Below, piece after piece: positions 25,794-38,258 of a stretch of 64,000 nt of DNA (position 1 is its first letter; the number at the start of each line of letters is the position of its first letter). Position numbers and translations under genes: made by a program. This stretch comes from Felis catus (Eukaryota): assembly GCF_018350175.1 (NCBI RefSeq), contig NC_058382.1, positions 50,966,001 to 51,030,000 on the forward strand. The letters are read 5' to 3'. The notes under the pieces were generated by a model. That model saw nothing but the letters and a program-made list of their open reading frames with translations, was not told where the DNA came from and searched no databases.

Positions 25794-26223
25794 CTGAGCA
25801 AGTGAGCAGCTCACTTCCCCTCTGCCTCACAGGAGGTCACAACATGCGACCCCTCTTGGGTCCTGGGCTCGAAGGACCCCTCTGTTCCCACTGTTCCCCT
25901 CGCCTGTAACACAGTCACGTCTGCAGGGTGGAGGGGCCCACAGTCAGCTCCCAGGAGGGAATCATGAGGAACACCCCCCCCCCGACCCCATCAGAAGGGC
26001 ACAAGCAGTGTTGTGTTGGGATGACGGGTCCCAGCCCAAAGCCAGCTCTTAACCCCTCAGCGGGTCCAGGAGTGGTCACACACAGCCTTTATGAAAGTTC
26101 AATTACAGAAATGCACAACAATTTATATGAAAAACAAGGGCAACAGATACTCAAAACTCAACCCTTCCTGATTACGTTGACTGTATTTTACTACTATCTA
26201 TGCTCTTACAGGTGGTTATTTAC

Positions 26224-26335
26224 CAGTGTTGATGCATGCAAACATTACATGACCATAGGCTACCGCCGATCTTTTCCTGACTTCAAGAAACTTGACGTTG
26301 GTAGCTTGAAATCCATCACGGCCGGTCTATTTACA
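26224..26335 (-). pseudogene. Pseudo-exon (112 nt), CSD C-terminal-strand-like
   Basis: Acceptor gccaatttctgtag and donor gtaaat. Phase 0->1 frame: CK*TGRDGFQATNVKFLEVRKRSAVAYGHVMFACINT; compare CSD GxKGxQAxNV. Confidence 0.6.
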
Positions 26336-26397
26336 CTACAGAAATTGGCAAAGCCTGCAATTCAGGCCTTAATTTATTGTTTTGTTGATTATCCAGA

Positions 26398-26582
26398 CCA
26401 GCAGCTGGCAAACCAGCCCACACCTGTTTGGGTTCAGTCCTTAAACGAAGCATTTTTCTACGTTTTAAAATCTAAAAGGAAGGCAGAGAGAAAATACGTG
26501 ACAGCAACACGTACTGTGTGCGGCTGCAAAACCTGAAATATGTACCAGCAGGCCCTTTACAAAAAATGTTCCCGAACCCGAT
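26398..26582. mobile_element. MER58-like hAT fragment
   Basis: gcaaaacctgaaatatgtacc...ggccctttacaaaaaatgttcccgaaccc resembles the MER58 terminus. Confidence 0.5.
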
Positions 26583-26614
26583 GGAAAAATATTAATAATG
26601 CAAATGAATTGAAA

Positions 26615-27208
26615 AGTGTCCTTGCTGGCTGGCAGCTGGATGGCCTCCTGGGCTTACAGAAGCGGCCTCATTCCTTGTCACGCGGCCCCCTCTAGCTTCA
26701 AAGCCAGCAAGGGCGAAGATCCCCTGTGTCCAATCCCTCCCATGGTTTAAATCTCTTTCACCAGGAAGCAGCCAGTCTCTCTCTGGGTTTCTTCCTTGTT
26801 TGTTTGGTTTTGGTTTTTTAGTGTATTTATTTGGAGAGAGAGAGAGGAAAAGAGAAATGAGAGAGAGAGAAAGGGGGACAGAGGATCTGATACAGGCTCT
26901 GTGCTGACAGCAGAGAGCCCAATGAAGGTCAGGCTCATGAATGTGATCATGACCTGAGCCACCATCTGAAGTCAGACGCTTCACTGACTGAGCCACCCAG
27001 CTGCCCCGCACCCAGTCCCTTTTAAGGGCTCCCCTGAACAGGTCAGCCCCGCTGAGGACTGTCGCCCTTTCTTGAAGTCAGCTGTGTCATAAGGCATACT
27101 CATGACAAAGTGACAGCCTGTCACCTATGTAGGATTCCCCCCAACCAAGAGGGTGAATTACACATGGTCGTGGATCATGGAGGGCGATCCCAGAGTTCTT
27201 CCTTCCAC
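26615..27208 (-). mobile_element. MaLR LTR fragment (MLT1D/E-like) split by a Can-SINE
   Basis: cttcaaagccagcaa...cttttaagggctc...agagttcttccttccaca. Confidence 0.55.
26800..27007 (-). mobile_element. Can-SINE inside MaLR LTR
   Basis: Reverse-oriented SINE body. Confidence 0.9.
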
Positions 27209-27380
27209 AAGGGGAACCTCACAACTTCAGCCACATCTACTTATTTTATTTACATCATTATTTTGAGAATATAATGAGATCTTACATATAAAAAGCACCT
27301 TATTACTATATAGTCTATCGTGGTCAAAAATGCTCTCAAGTCCAGTGTTACCGACCTCTACTGAGTCCCAATTCACATAC

Positions 27381-27483
27381 CTGAATCTTTGCTAACAGAG
27401 TTCCTTTCCAATTCCTAGTTCACAACCCGGGATGGAGGTCCATCTCTGACCCTGCTTTGGTTTTGCCCTTCTTCCGAGGCGTC
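27381..27483 (-). pseudogene. Pseudo-exon (103 nt)
   Basis: Acceptor atgccctcttcag and donor gtatgt. Phase 2->0 frame: TPRKKGKTKAGSEMDLHPGL*TRNWKGTLLAKIQ. Confidence 0.55.
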
Positions 27484-28169
27484 CTGAAGAGGGCATCCGG
27501 CCCAGCCATAGGATGGGGCTCCGGAACAGGGGTAACCCACGAACCCCTTCGTCGTCTAGCAAGTTCCACTTCACTTTCCCAAATGCAAGATTTTCCATTC
27601 TTCCTTCTCTCCTCTCCTTCCATTTCCCTCCCTGGCCTGCCCCCCCGCCTTTTCCTCTCCCTCCTCTTCGCTGTCTCCCTCCTTCTTCCTTTCCTTCCAT
27701 CCCTTTCTTTCCCTGACGCACTCAGAAGCCTGTACACAAAAGCAAAACCATCTCGAGTTTAGCAACAGGACAGGAGTGGAACCTTTGTCAGTTCCTCCAC
27801 ACTCTTTTTTGGCCAGAGGCTAAAAGATAACAATGACAAGTTTGTCACGTCTTTACCACGTGCGTCCGGTGCCCACAGTGTCCACTCAAAAGGTACTCAG
27901 ATTTCCTAAGGAACTGAGTCAAAGAGAAGGAACACGAGCTCTAGCGGACCCAAGCGGGTTTGTGCGCCCAGGGACGCTCCAGTTTCTGAGGCTTCTTTCA
28001 AGAGGGAAGAGCTCCATTTGATGGGAGCTCCTTCCTCAATGAAAGCAGTATTTTAAGCACTGATGGGTAACAAGAACTTATTTCTGGTGCAGAAGGAAAG
28101 CGGTAACCAGCAAGTGGGATTTCTCACAAGGTCCGCAGAAGCACTTGGAACCCACACGCGTGTGACAGT

Positions 28170-28647
28170 TTATAAAGAAAACTGCATCTGGCCCTTCAAA
28201 TGCCAGCACGTCGCCTGCACCCCGTCTTTTTAACAAGGATAATGCCCCCACCCTTTGTTACAAACAAGACACTAGGCCCCAAATGGAATCACTATGCCAA
28301 GCCCCGGGTCACGAAACTGACACTTCACTTAGTTACACTTTGGGATCTCTCAGAAGTAGACTTAAACCGGTCCATCAATCACCGGATCAGCCCGCCACGC
28401 CTGACCTACCGGCTGGACGCCCCGCCCACCCGCTATTCCCTAAAGGAAAAGAACTCTGCAGTAACCAGCCCGCTCTTCTGCCTAGAAAACTTCTTTGCTC
28501 GCGCTCCAGGCTGCCCGTAGGCTCCTTCACTGTTCCGCTCCTCGGAGCGCCTTTCTATCCACTGAACTGAATGCTGCCGGATTCGAATCCACTTTTGTGC
28601 AGATAAACTCTTAAACTCTTTAATGGGCCTCAGTTTACCTTTCAACC
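28170..28647 (+). mobile_element. ERV1-class (MER4-group-like) 5' LTR
   Basis: Ends ...gataaactcttaaactctttaatgggcctcagtttacctttcaacc and is followed by a PBS-like TGGTGTCAG at 28652 (tRNA-Leu type). CpG-rich. Left boundary approximate. Confidence 0.7.
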
Positions 28648-28920
28648 GTTCTGGTGTCAGAGAAGGAGCCAAAGGAGACCCTGCCATCCCCCAGGGGCCA
28701 GAGTGACCGGGCGAGATCCTACCTGCGGGCTCCCTGGAGCTCCCTGCTCCTGGGCGTCTGGAGGTGGGGGGTCGTTCCTCTCACATCCCGGGTCCTGGCT
28801 CCACGGACTTGGTGTTCGGAGCTTTCAGACTATGGGAGCACCTCTTTTTCCAGACCGCGGCTGGAACGGGAACGGTCCAGAGGGCCATCTGGGTCTGACT
28901 TAAAAAGCTCACAGGGTCTG

Positions 28921-29140
28921 GGGCACCTGGGTGGCTCAATTGGTTAAGCGTCTGACTTGGGTTCAGGTCTGATCTCATGGTTGGTGGGTTCCAGCCCCAC
29001 AGCGGGCTCTGTACTGACAGATCAAAGCCTGGAGCCCGCTTTGGATTCTGTGTCTCCCTCTCTGCTCCTCCCCCAACGGCACTCTTTCTCTCAAAAAATA
29101 AATAGTGAAAAAAAAAAAAAAACAAAGAAAAAGAAAAGCG
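28921..29140 (+). mobile_element. Can-SINE inside ERV leader
   Basis: TSD acagggtctg. Confidence 0.95.
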
Positions 29141-29498
29141 AACAGGGTCTGACATAAGCAGGGATGGAGCCAGTGTGAGGTCTCAGGTAAATAAAATTTT
29201 GCTTTAAGGCTGATCAAGCAGGTTAAACATACCAAAGATAAACCTGAATTATGGTGGCCTCAGTGCAGAACTTTTAACGTAGGAATTTTATCTATTTACA
29301 GGATGCCCTAGAGCAAAAGGGGTCTCCTGCAAGCATTAACCATAAAGAAAAGAGGGAAAATTATTTTTCCTCCACTACAATTTCTGGGAACCAGAATAAG
29401 ACCCCTGGGTCACCCCATTCATTCCAGAGCCTGCAGAGGGGATCCTGGGAAAACTGACAGAAGCCTGGGTCAAAGTTCATAAAAAACAGAAAACCAAT

Positions 29499-29689
29499 GG
29501 GGGCGCTTGGGTAAGAGTAAGAGTTAAGGGTCTGACTCTTGACTTCGGCTCAGGTCATGATCTCACAGTTCGTGGGTTCGAGCCCCATGTTGGGCTCTGC
29601 ACAGATAGTGCAGAGCCTACTTGGGATGCTCTCTTCCTCTCTCTCTGCCCCCACCCCCTCTCAAAACTAAATAAACTTAACAAGCAGCA
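29499..29689 (+). mobile_element. Can-SINE inside ERV
   Basis: TSD aaacag(a/g)aaaccaa. Confidence 0.9.
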
Positions 29690-31181
29690 AACAGGAAACC
29701 AACAAATCACTGAAGAAGTAATCGGTAAATGCTTATTGTGCCCCCTCCAAAAAGATAGTTTGTAAACCAAAAACACTCAAAGCAAAACATGGGATGAGGC
29801 TCACAGGTAGCTTGTTATAAAGAAGCTTATACGACTGGTAATTGGTTAAAATATTATAATTTTCTTAAAAGAAAAGGAACTAGTCACTGGTTAGCTCATA
29901 ACAGTTGTGGAGAACTATTTAAATTCTGCTTATGATTTTTAGACGCATGAAACAAGAAGTGACCCAGGTCAACTTAGCCTCCCTTGTCTTCAAACTAAGC
30001 TAAATTAATCTTTGTTCATATGAGTAAGCTGGTTTTGTCTGCTCAGGGAATTTTCAAGTCTGGCTTCCATTTGTGTTTGACTTTAACAACTGCAAAGGGT
30101 GAGGATTCTTCCCAAAGTTAGCTTTCCCAGATCTCTGCCTGTGGTGCCTGGTTGTAAGAAAAAGGTAAAAATTCACATTGTCCTTTTCTTTGCAAATTCA
30201 GACTCTGGTGGATTTGATTTTGGCAGACGCCTTGGTTGTTCAGGCTTTTTCTGGGACAGCTATTGCTTTCTGGTCTTGTTTTGTGTCCTGGGAACATAGC
30301 TTGGTAGCAGTCAGGTTGGGGGCCCCAGCGAGCGGCCAGGCAGGAATGTGGATTATTTTCCCTTTGAGCTGGGGTTCTGCTGTTCTGCTGACGGTTGGCA
30401 GCTCTCAGGGGAAACTAAGTCTGTCTGTCTTGGTTTTCCTTGGTTCTGGATCTTGGGAGGGTAGTAAGTATCTTTTGTACCCTCTTTGGGCATGTCTCTT
30501 GCATTCAAGGAATTATTCAATACTGCCAGGAGTATTTGCTGTTTGTCCCAGCTGAAATCTGACAAGATACTTGAAACGATTCTTTTTTAAAATAGCTCTT
30601 AGGTCAGAAGCTGGCCCAGTTGGAAGCTGATATTCAGAGCCTGATAGGAACTTTTTTTTCTTGAGGCCTTCACTCCTCAGCTAAAATGAAACTATGTTCC
30701 CAGAGGGTAAGAAAAACATTCTGAAGCCTCTATGGAAGGGTTTACTAAAACTTTCCAAAGATATATAGGTCTGAATCTAGAACACAGGAATCTTTGGAAA
30801 TTTCCATCTTCGTTGAAGATCTCCTCCCTGATAGAAAGGAGCAAGCTGAAGATAATAGTTGGATGACTCAGCGTCCGTATCACTCAGGTTACAACCCAAT
30901 TCTTCAAGAAATTACAAACCGTACTTGTCTTTAAAAGCTAGTCTTTGTAAGATTAGAAATGTGGCTCTAGAAAGAATTCAAAGCCAGCCTATCCTTTTTA
31001 CCAATCCCCAAACATCCTTTATTCATCTCAAAAGGCCTACAGATATTGCAAAAGATCTGGATTTAGGAAACAGAAACCCTTTATGGTGGAACTTGCATTC
31101 TTTCTACAGAGAAAAGATTTAAGTATTCCACGTGGTCTTCTTCAGGAACCAAAGGGATTCTTATTAGAAGGAAAGAAAGTT

Positions 31182-31402
31182 GGGGCACCCGGGTGGCTCA
31201 GTCGGTTAAGCGTCCGACTTCAACTCAGGTCATGATCTCGTGGTCTGTGAGTTCAAGCCCCGCGTTGGGCTCTGTGCTGACAGCTTGGAGCCTAGAGCCT
31301 GCTTCGGATTCTGTGTCTCCCTCTCTCTCTGCACCTCCCCCGCTCACATTCTGCCTCTCTCTCTCTCTCAAAAATAAACAAACATTAAAAATATATATAT
31401 AT
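31182..31402 (+). mobile_element. Can-SINE inside ERV
   Basis: TSD ttagaaggaaagaaag. Confidence 0.95.
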
Positions 31403-33029
31403 TTAGAAGGAAAGAAAGACTATTTTAAAAACTAGACTTGTGAAAAATATTAAAAGTCTCTTCCAGTAATATTAGTAAAAAGTTTTAGCCATCTGAGCCG
31501 CTAACCTTAACTTACTATCTGCCCTAAATACAACATGGAGTGAGTTTTGCATTATTGTACCCGTCCTGTGGCTAAAATTTTCAAGCGAAAGCTAGAAGAT
31601 CTCTGTTTGCATCTGTCTATATGCATGTGTATGTCGATTATAAATGTGTGATTTTTTCTACCTCCAGATGGCATTGACAAAATTAATTTGTAAAGAGCTC
31701 TATTTAATTAGCTTAAAGACAATCAGTGTTTGCATAACTCAAGGATACTCTCAGAAATACAGAAACTACTCAAATGTTTTACAAGTTCACATGATCTAGG
31801 CTAATCTTAGGCAAATAAAAGCTAGTTTAAGTTTGTTGGTTTAATTAAAACAAGCATGTCTTTAGAGTTATCAGCATTAAACATAGGTTTATTAGAAGTC
31901 AAATAAGCTCATGTTATTTCTGTTACACAATCTGTCAGTGAGAATAACTTAATAGTTAGCTGAAAAAAAATTCTGTTTAATGTCTCATGAAAGCTTCATA
32001 ACTGACATAAACATAATTATTAGGAACAAGTTAATTAAACAGATGGAAGTAAGGTAAAAGTTTACAGAGGAACATCTCAATAATAATTACGCTTTATAGC
32101 ATGTCTACTTAAAAATACTTTCAAAACTTTTTGATAACTTGAAACCTAAGTTATACTGAGATAGGTGAAATAATGGATATCCTCTGAATACACAGATCAT
32201 TTCCAAGTAAGATAAAATACTAAAGCATGAATCAGTGAACATAGGTTTATCCTATTTTGGCTTTACAAAGAAACTAAAGACATTTGGGTCTATTAGTTTG
32301 GTCCACATGTTCGTGCCACATTGAAAAATTTACACTGAGAAAGAATATACTTCTAGAAATTATGAAATGTACTTGAAAATTTGCCAATCCACAGATGTGA
32401 TAGCTTCACAAGTGCTTCCTTCTTAATTTTCACTAGGAATTAAGTATTCTAAGGGTTAAGAATTCCAATTAATATATGTGATTAAAGCTACATTGAAATA
32501 AAAATGAAAGGAAATAGCTTGTGGAAAGTAGCTAAGTAAAGTAAAATGACCAACTGTTCAAGAATGAGAAAGAAAAAAAAAACTTAGACAAAATATGAAT
32601 GATTTAAAAAGTCATGGAAGATTTGTGGAAAAAGAATCCTGGAAAAGGCATTTTATGTATGATAAAGCTAATCAAGCTAGCTAAGTTTGTAATGTATTTA
32701 TTTAAGGTTTTAGAAGAATGCGATTTAATACAAAAGTATACTGTTGCATTTTAGAATTTGGTTTACTCTCTATTTTCTTGGACTATCAGTCTGCTCTTGA
32801 TTAGAGATTATGAAAGTTTCTTTTTGTTTGTTTGTTTTGTTTTTGGTGGTTGTTGTTTTATCTTTTGGGTAGTGAACCCAGAAAGCAAAGATTCTGTGGC
32901 TTACCAAATAATTTACTGCGCTTCCTGTTGTCTTTATTGGGTCTTTAATTACTTAAGAAAACCCAGTCTTCTCAATATTAAGAGAGCTAATTTTTGTTCA
33001 CAACCATGTAACCTTCTCTACTTGCCTTT

Positions 33030-33250
33030 TTTCTTTAATTTTTTTAATGTTTTTTAATTTATTTTTGAGACAGAGAAAGAGCATGAGCAGGGGAGGGGCA
33101 GAGAGAGAGAGGGAGACACAGAATCCAAAGCAGGCTCCAGGCTCCAAGCTGTCAGCACAGAGCCCGACACAGGGCTCAAGCCCACAGACTGTGAGATCAT
33201 GACCTGAGCTGAAGGCAGACACTTAACCGACTGAGCCACCCAGGTGCCCC
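33030..33250 (-). mobile_element. Can-SINE inside ERV
   Basis: Reverse head caggtgcccc; flanking ttgccttt repeat. Confidence 0.95.
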
Positions 33251-33562
33251 TTGTGTATTTGCCTTTAAAATCTTCCTGTCACTTTGGTCACATAATTTAA
33301 TCAAATGTCCAAACTTTTTGGTCTTTTCCCAAAACAAATCCTAAATGGAGTCACTTTAACCTCTAACTTTGAAATTTCTCAGAAGGTCCCCAGACAGTTT
33401 AAAAGGATTTGTCTCTCACCTTGTAAAACAGAGATGTTAACCAACTGGGTAAATATCCTAAAACCTTAAGCCATTCAGTAAATGCCATCTCCTCTGTGTA
33501 AAAAGTATTGTTCTGGAAACCAGTGTTTATTTGACTGTATTTTTTGCTCTTTCCAGGGTCAC

Positions 33563-33861
33563 CTGAGAGCTGTGTTTCTCACATTCCTTTGATTCCAAAG
33601 TTGTGACTTCAGTCTATGTTGTGACAGTGAGATTCTCTCCCATGAGACTTTGAAAATGCAAGGATGACAGACACCATACTGTTCTTCCTTTAGATCTGGT
33701 AAGCAAAGGCTTGCTGTGGCAGATACGAGGTTTTGCACCCCTCACGATCTTATACTGATACATTCACTTCAGTGACCATTAGCAGTGGTTTCCAATAGTT
33801 TCCTTATCAGGGGAACACCGGTATCTTCCTAACTCTCTGGACCAGAACTGTAGTGATAAGT
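33563..33861 (-). pseudogene. Pseudo-exon (299 nt)
   Basis: Acceptor aagtttgttttcag after a 79-nt intron; donor gtgacc. Phase-2 start reads LITTVLVQRVRKIPVFP**...QAFAYQI*RKNSMVSVILAFSKSHGRESHCHNID. Confidence 0.45.
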
Positions 33862-33940
33862 CTGAAAACAAACTTTAGGCTATGATGCCTTCTGCAGCCT
33901 TTCCAACATTTCTTAACACAAAATTCCCTATATAAGTCAC

Positions 33941-34122
33941 TTTGTGCTGCAAATATCTAAAGCAGTGTATACATTACTGAATGATATACTCCTGAACTCA
34001 TGACTCAGTGAATAGGCAAAAGGACCTCCATGTTTTAGCCCCCAAACTGCATTTCTATTTGCAAAAGTGAAACTCTCCAAATAAGTTATTTGAGTCAAGA
34101 TCTTGCCAGATTTTGATACCAT
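33941..34122 (-). pseudogene. Pseudo-exon (182 nt, stop-free)
   Basis: Acceptor ttgtcttccctttcag and donor gtgact. Phase 0->2 frame: MVSKSGKILTQITYLESFTFANRNAVWGLKHGGPFAYSLSHEFRSISFSNVYTALDICST. A further acceptor at 34449 opens STINDQHKVINVAFL*. Confidence 0.55.
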
Positions 34123-34949
34123 CTGAAAGGGAAGACAACTACAGAAGCCTATTTTATTGAAGATCAGAATTTTCATATTACACTGGAACATACTGACTAC
34201 TGTAGCATATTGACTAATAGCAAATACTATCATGAATATTATTTACAAGACTTTAACATGTAAAATTCAATCATGTCTCATAAAATGGTGTTAATTATTT
34301 CTGTGTGGTGAATTTGTTTAAATTCTGCAGGTGATCATCAGACCTTGGGGAATCAGGAAAGACTACGAGCTCTGACATATAATTTTATGATACACACACG
34401 ATCACAAGAAAGCAACATTAATCACCTTGTGCTGATCATTAATTGTGGACTGTAAAAATAACTTATTTGGGGATATTATCAAATTTAGTCTCATTCAACC
34501 AGCTAAAACCATTCAGTCAAGTAGGAAATGGGTCCCAATTTCTAATGATCCATTTAGAAATACACAAATGCACAAATCCTGGTTTCTGGCACAGCAGGGC
34601 TGGGGAACAGATATTGAATCAGGCTCTGGTTCTGAGAACAGGAAAAGAACAACACGGTAAAGTGACTGAGGCCAGATCATATGCCAGGACGGCTATGAAT
34701 CACATTCTGTTTGTGGACAAGATACTCTGAATTTGATGAAGCTCTCTACCACGTTCTCCCCCTCAACCAAATAGTCTAATCAGTGTGGGCACCAAGAAGC
34801 AGCCAAATCATAGTGCAAGAGGAATCACCACCATTGCCATCCTAAGTTAGGCCAAGGAGACAGCGGGGATTACCACCATGAGAAGTAGGGTGGGAAGCTA
34901 GGGAGCTGGTGCTACTAGCTAATGTTTAAAAAAATTTTTTTAAATAATG

Positions 34950-35042
34950 AAAGGGCCTCTCACAACAGACTTACTGAATCAGAATCTGTCTTTTTACAAG
35001 ATCCCAGGTGATTCCTCTGCAAATTAAATTTTGAGTAGCATG
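34950..35042. mobile_element. MER5-family fragment
   Basis: agacttactgaatcagaatctg...acaagatcccaggtgattc. Confidence 0.55.
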
Positions 35043-35066
35043 GATCTATGATTCATGGGCAATTAC

Positions 35067-35306
35067 TAGGTGTACTCTCAGAAGAACAAGGCAAAGAGAA
35101 TCCTACTCTTGGCTTTGTAACGGAGAAATGTATTTCTAGTCACAAAAGAGAATACTCTGAAAAACACAAATATATGCCAAAGGTGTAGGAAGCAATCCAA
35201 AATTTTTGAATAAAATCAACCCTGGATTGAGGATCCTGATCTGTGGAAAAGTCATGTCAAGATGATCAGTCCCCCATCTTATGGTTAAATGGCCTTGAAA
35301 TGTCTC
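35067..35306 (-). pseudogene. Two adjacent probable pseudo-exons (35306-~35221 and 35156-35067)
   Basis: Acceptors gttcctccctcacag and tttgtgtttttcag. They read ETFQGHLTIRWGTDHLDMTFPQIRILNPG and VFSFVTRNTFLRYKAKSRILFALFF*. The first donor is weak. Confidence 0.4.
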
Positions 35307-35920
35307 CTGTGAGGGAGGAACAGCATTATTATGCTCTGAGCCAATTCAGATACAGTTTAATTAAATAATACGCAAGGTCATGGAGCATGACTGGCAGAGT
35401 GATTTAGAACAGAATTAACTACTCCTTTTACTGTGGCCATCCCTGGTTGTCATCTAACACTCTGGCATATACATTCTAAGGAAGGTTCTGGCATTGCAGA
35501 TTTATCCCTGCAGCCAGGGGAATTGAATTCTCTCCCTCTGAAGCCATAGAAACCCGTCCCATCTTTCTATTTTTAATCCTTTGCTGATTCTAGAGGCTTC
35601 CTACCAAGTAATTCGATGCCAAACAGTTGTTCTCCTTGCAGCTGCCAAACAGACCAGCATTTCCAGCCTCAGGTTGTGTCCCATGTTGGCGCTCTCCCAA
35701 ATGTCATTCCCTACAAGACTCTTCTTTCAACGGATGCATTAGGGTCTTTCAATGACAACATGAAATTAAATGGAAAATGACATTCATGAGAAAAGATGCT
35801 CCTTTCCAATAACTGAGACTCTCCACCCATCTGTCATTGCTTCCTTCTCTCCCTGACTCATGGTTTTGCACAAATCCCAAGCAGCTTGATACAAATGTGA
35901 TCATTAGAGGATTTTCATAC

Positions 35921-36048
35921 ATTAATGCAAATTATTATGCACTGGCAACACTTAGGACATTCTGTCAGACGAGCTGATGTCCTCCCAAAGAAGAGTGTAT
36001 ATGTCAAGAGTGCAAAACCCAGACACCTTCCTTTGAACCATCTCACCA
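35921..36048 (-). pseudogene. Pseudo-exon (128 nt)
   Basis: Acceptor tgtgatcattttag and donor gtatga. Stop-free phase 1->0 frame: VRWFKGRCLGFALLTYTLFFGRTSARLTECPKCCQCIIICIN, reminiscent of CSD VKWFN...GFGFI. Confidence 0.5.
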
Positions 36049-37100
36049 CTAAAATGATCACAAAACGTTTCTAATAAAACTCTCAAAAAGCACGGTCCTG
36101 TAATTAATTTTGATGCCTTGACAAATATAAAATCAATTTAAAACTTTATTACGTATAGAAAAAAAATGTTATCACTCCCCAAGAAGGAAGAGAGAGAGAA
36201 AGAGAAAGAGACAGAGAGATAAGGATAGGTGATGAATAGATGACATAGAAAGAGACAGAGAGATAGATAGATTTGGATAAAGAGATGTAATGAATGTTGA
36301 GCTCCTAACAGAGGGCCATGAAGCGTCAATGGCGCTAGTTACAATTCAAGTTCCAGAAAGAGAAGTAGTTCTTTTGAGGAAATTAAAATTTGTTTCGAGA
36401 ATAAATATTTGAGCCCCACAAAAAATAAGTTTATATACAATGCTAAAATATGCAGAAGTTGAGAGATAAGGATCAGCGGAGACATAAACTGAGAAGACAC
36501 AGTTAAGAGATTAACGAGGCATGTTTGCTTTGCAGTGAGGAGAAGAGAGCTGAATATTTAAAGCAAGCCACACAAAAGAAACCAAGGTGCTGGAGCGGAA
36601 AATAACACCAGTGGTTTTAGTCATTCTTTAATTTAGTCAGTAATCAATCACTGATCCCTTCTCCTGGAAAAAAAGGACCAAAGACAGATCCAGGTCACTC
36701 CATCCCTACTCTGTAACCACTTCCGTTGTTTCTGCTGGGAGAAATAAACTCATGCACTGATGAATGAAGAGAACATACAATTCCACCGGCTACACTTTCA
36801 GGCTATTTTAAGGAGGAAGCCATAGATAAAATGTTGGCAAGTTGGTTTAAAGCTACACCCAACAAACACTTTAAAAGTTAGGGTGATTATTCATTTTGTC
36901 ATTAATTTTTTTCTTTTACCAAGTTATTATATACCCTAAATTTACATTAAATTTCTTAGTTGCCACAGCGGACTCAAAAATACATCGTTAAAAATAGGGT
37001 CTGTGAAACTAAATATTTAAAAATATATATTTTAACTTAAATGAACAGAAGCAAATACTATAACAGAGTAATATAACAGGGGATGATACGGCAAAAGTAG

Positions 37101-37608
37101 TGTGGCAGGCTGAATAATGGCCTATCCTTAAAATGCCTATGCCCCAATCCCTAGAAACTGTGAGTATGTTACCTTACATGATAAAGGGATTTTGCAGATG
37201 TGATTAAATTAAGGCCCTTAATGCAGGGAGATTATCCAAGATATTCTAGATATTATCTAATTGGGTTTAGTGTGATCACAGGGCACCTTAAAAGATGGAA
37301 GAAGAAGGGTCAGAATCAAAGAAGGTAATGAGATGATAGAATCAGAGGTCAGAGAGAGAGAGAGAGATAGAGACACCAAAAGACACCATGTGGCTGGCTT
37401 TGCATATGGGAGCGAACAGGAGCCATGAATGCAGGCAGCTTCCATAAGTCAAAAAGGCAAGGAGACAAATTGTCTCCTAGAGCCTCCAAAGGGAATGCAG
37501 CCCTGTCGACACTTTGATTTTAGGACATCTGACCTCCAGAATGGTAAGAGAGAAAATTTGTGTGGTTTCAGACAGTACAAAAAAACTAATAAAAAATAAC
37601 TAATGCAA
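37101..37608 (+). mobile_element. MaLR solo LTR (MLT1D-like)
   Basis: tgtggcaggctgaataatggcc...tatgttaccttacatg...ttgcagatgtgattaa...ctagagcctcca...aactaatgca. Confidence 0.8.
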
Positions 37609-37611
37609 GTA

Positions 37612-38223
37612 CAGTAAAACCTTGGATCACAACATAATTTGTTCCAGAAACATGCTTGTAATCCAAAGCATTTGTATATCAAAACAAATTTCCCCATGAG
37701 AAATAATGGAAACTGAGATGATTCGTTCTGCAACCCCAAAATATTCCATATAAAAGTGATTACAATACTGTAATATAATACAAAATAAAGCAAGTACAAA
37801 ATACAAATAAAATAAACAAATTAACCTGCACTTACCTTTGAAAACCTTCATGGTTGGCATGAGGGAGACGACAGAGAGGAGGGTTATTGTGTAGGACGAC
37901 TTTCACTGTCACTAACAGAAGTTGACTACAGTACAGTATTAATAAACTCTTGTCACATACTCTATTTAATATAACTGGCAATAAGGCAACAGGAAAAGGT
38001 CTGTATCTGCAGATAGCTTGACCTAGAATGAAGCAAAGCATTCCTAAGCTCAGTCTTCTATGAAAAGCAAAGGACTGTCCCTAGGTGCTTTGAAGTGACA
38101 AAAAATAAGTTAGCACCAGTCATGGGCACTTTCCAACATTCTGAAAAATCACTGAATCTGCCAAATGCCAAGGCCCGAGACTGAGCATCCAAGCATGGGA
38201 GACTATCACCCACAATCCCGCAG

Positions 38224-38258
<35 letters not shown>

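Larger units (their letters stand above)
28648..33450 (+). mobile_element. Degenerate ERV1-class internal region, 3'-truncated and interrupted by four Can-SINEs
   Basis: PBS, a splice-donor-like ctcag|gtaaat near 29186, a Gag-capsid-like relic at ~30732-30865 (MEGFTKTFQRYIGLN / ISIFVEDLLPDRKEQ), and AT-rich internal sequence typical of MER4-group elements. No 3' LTR is seen. Confidence 0.65.

Noticed and set aside
25928..26536. Longest plus-strand ORF (202 aa)
   Set aside because: It starts at a non-ATG codon, has no recognisable domain, runs antisense over the 26224-26335 pseudo-exon and continues into a MER58-like fragment.
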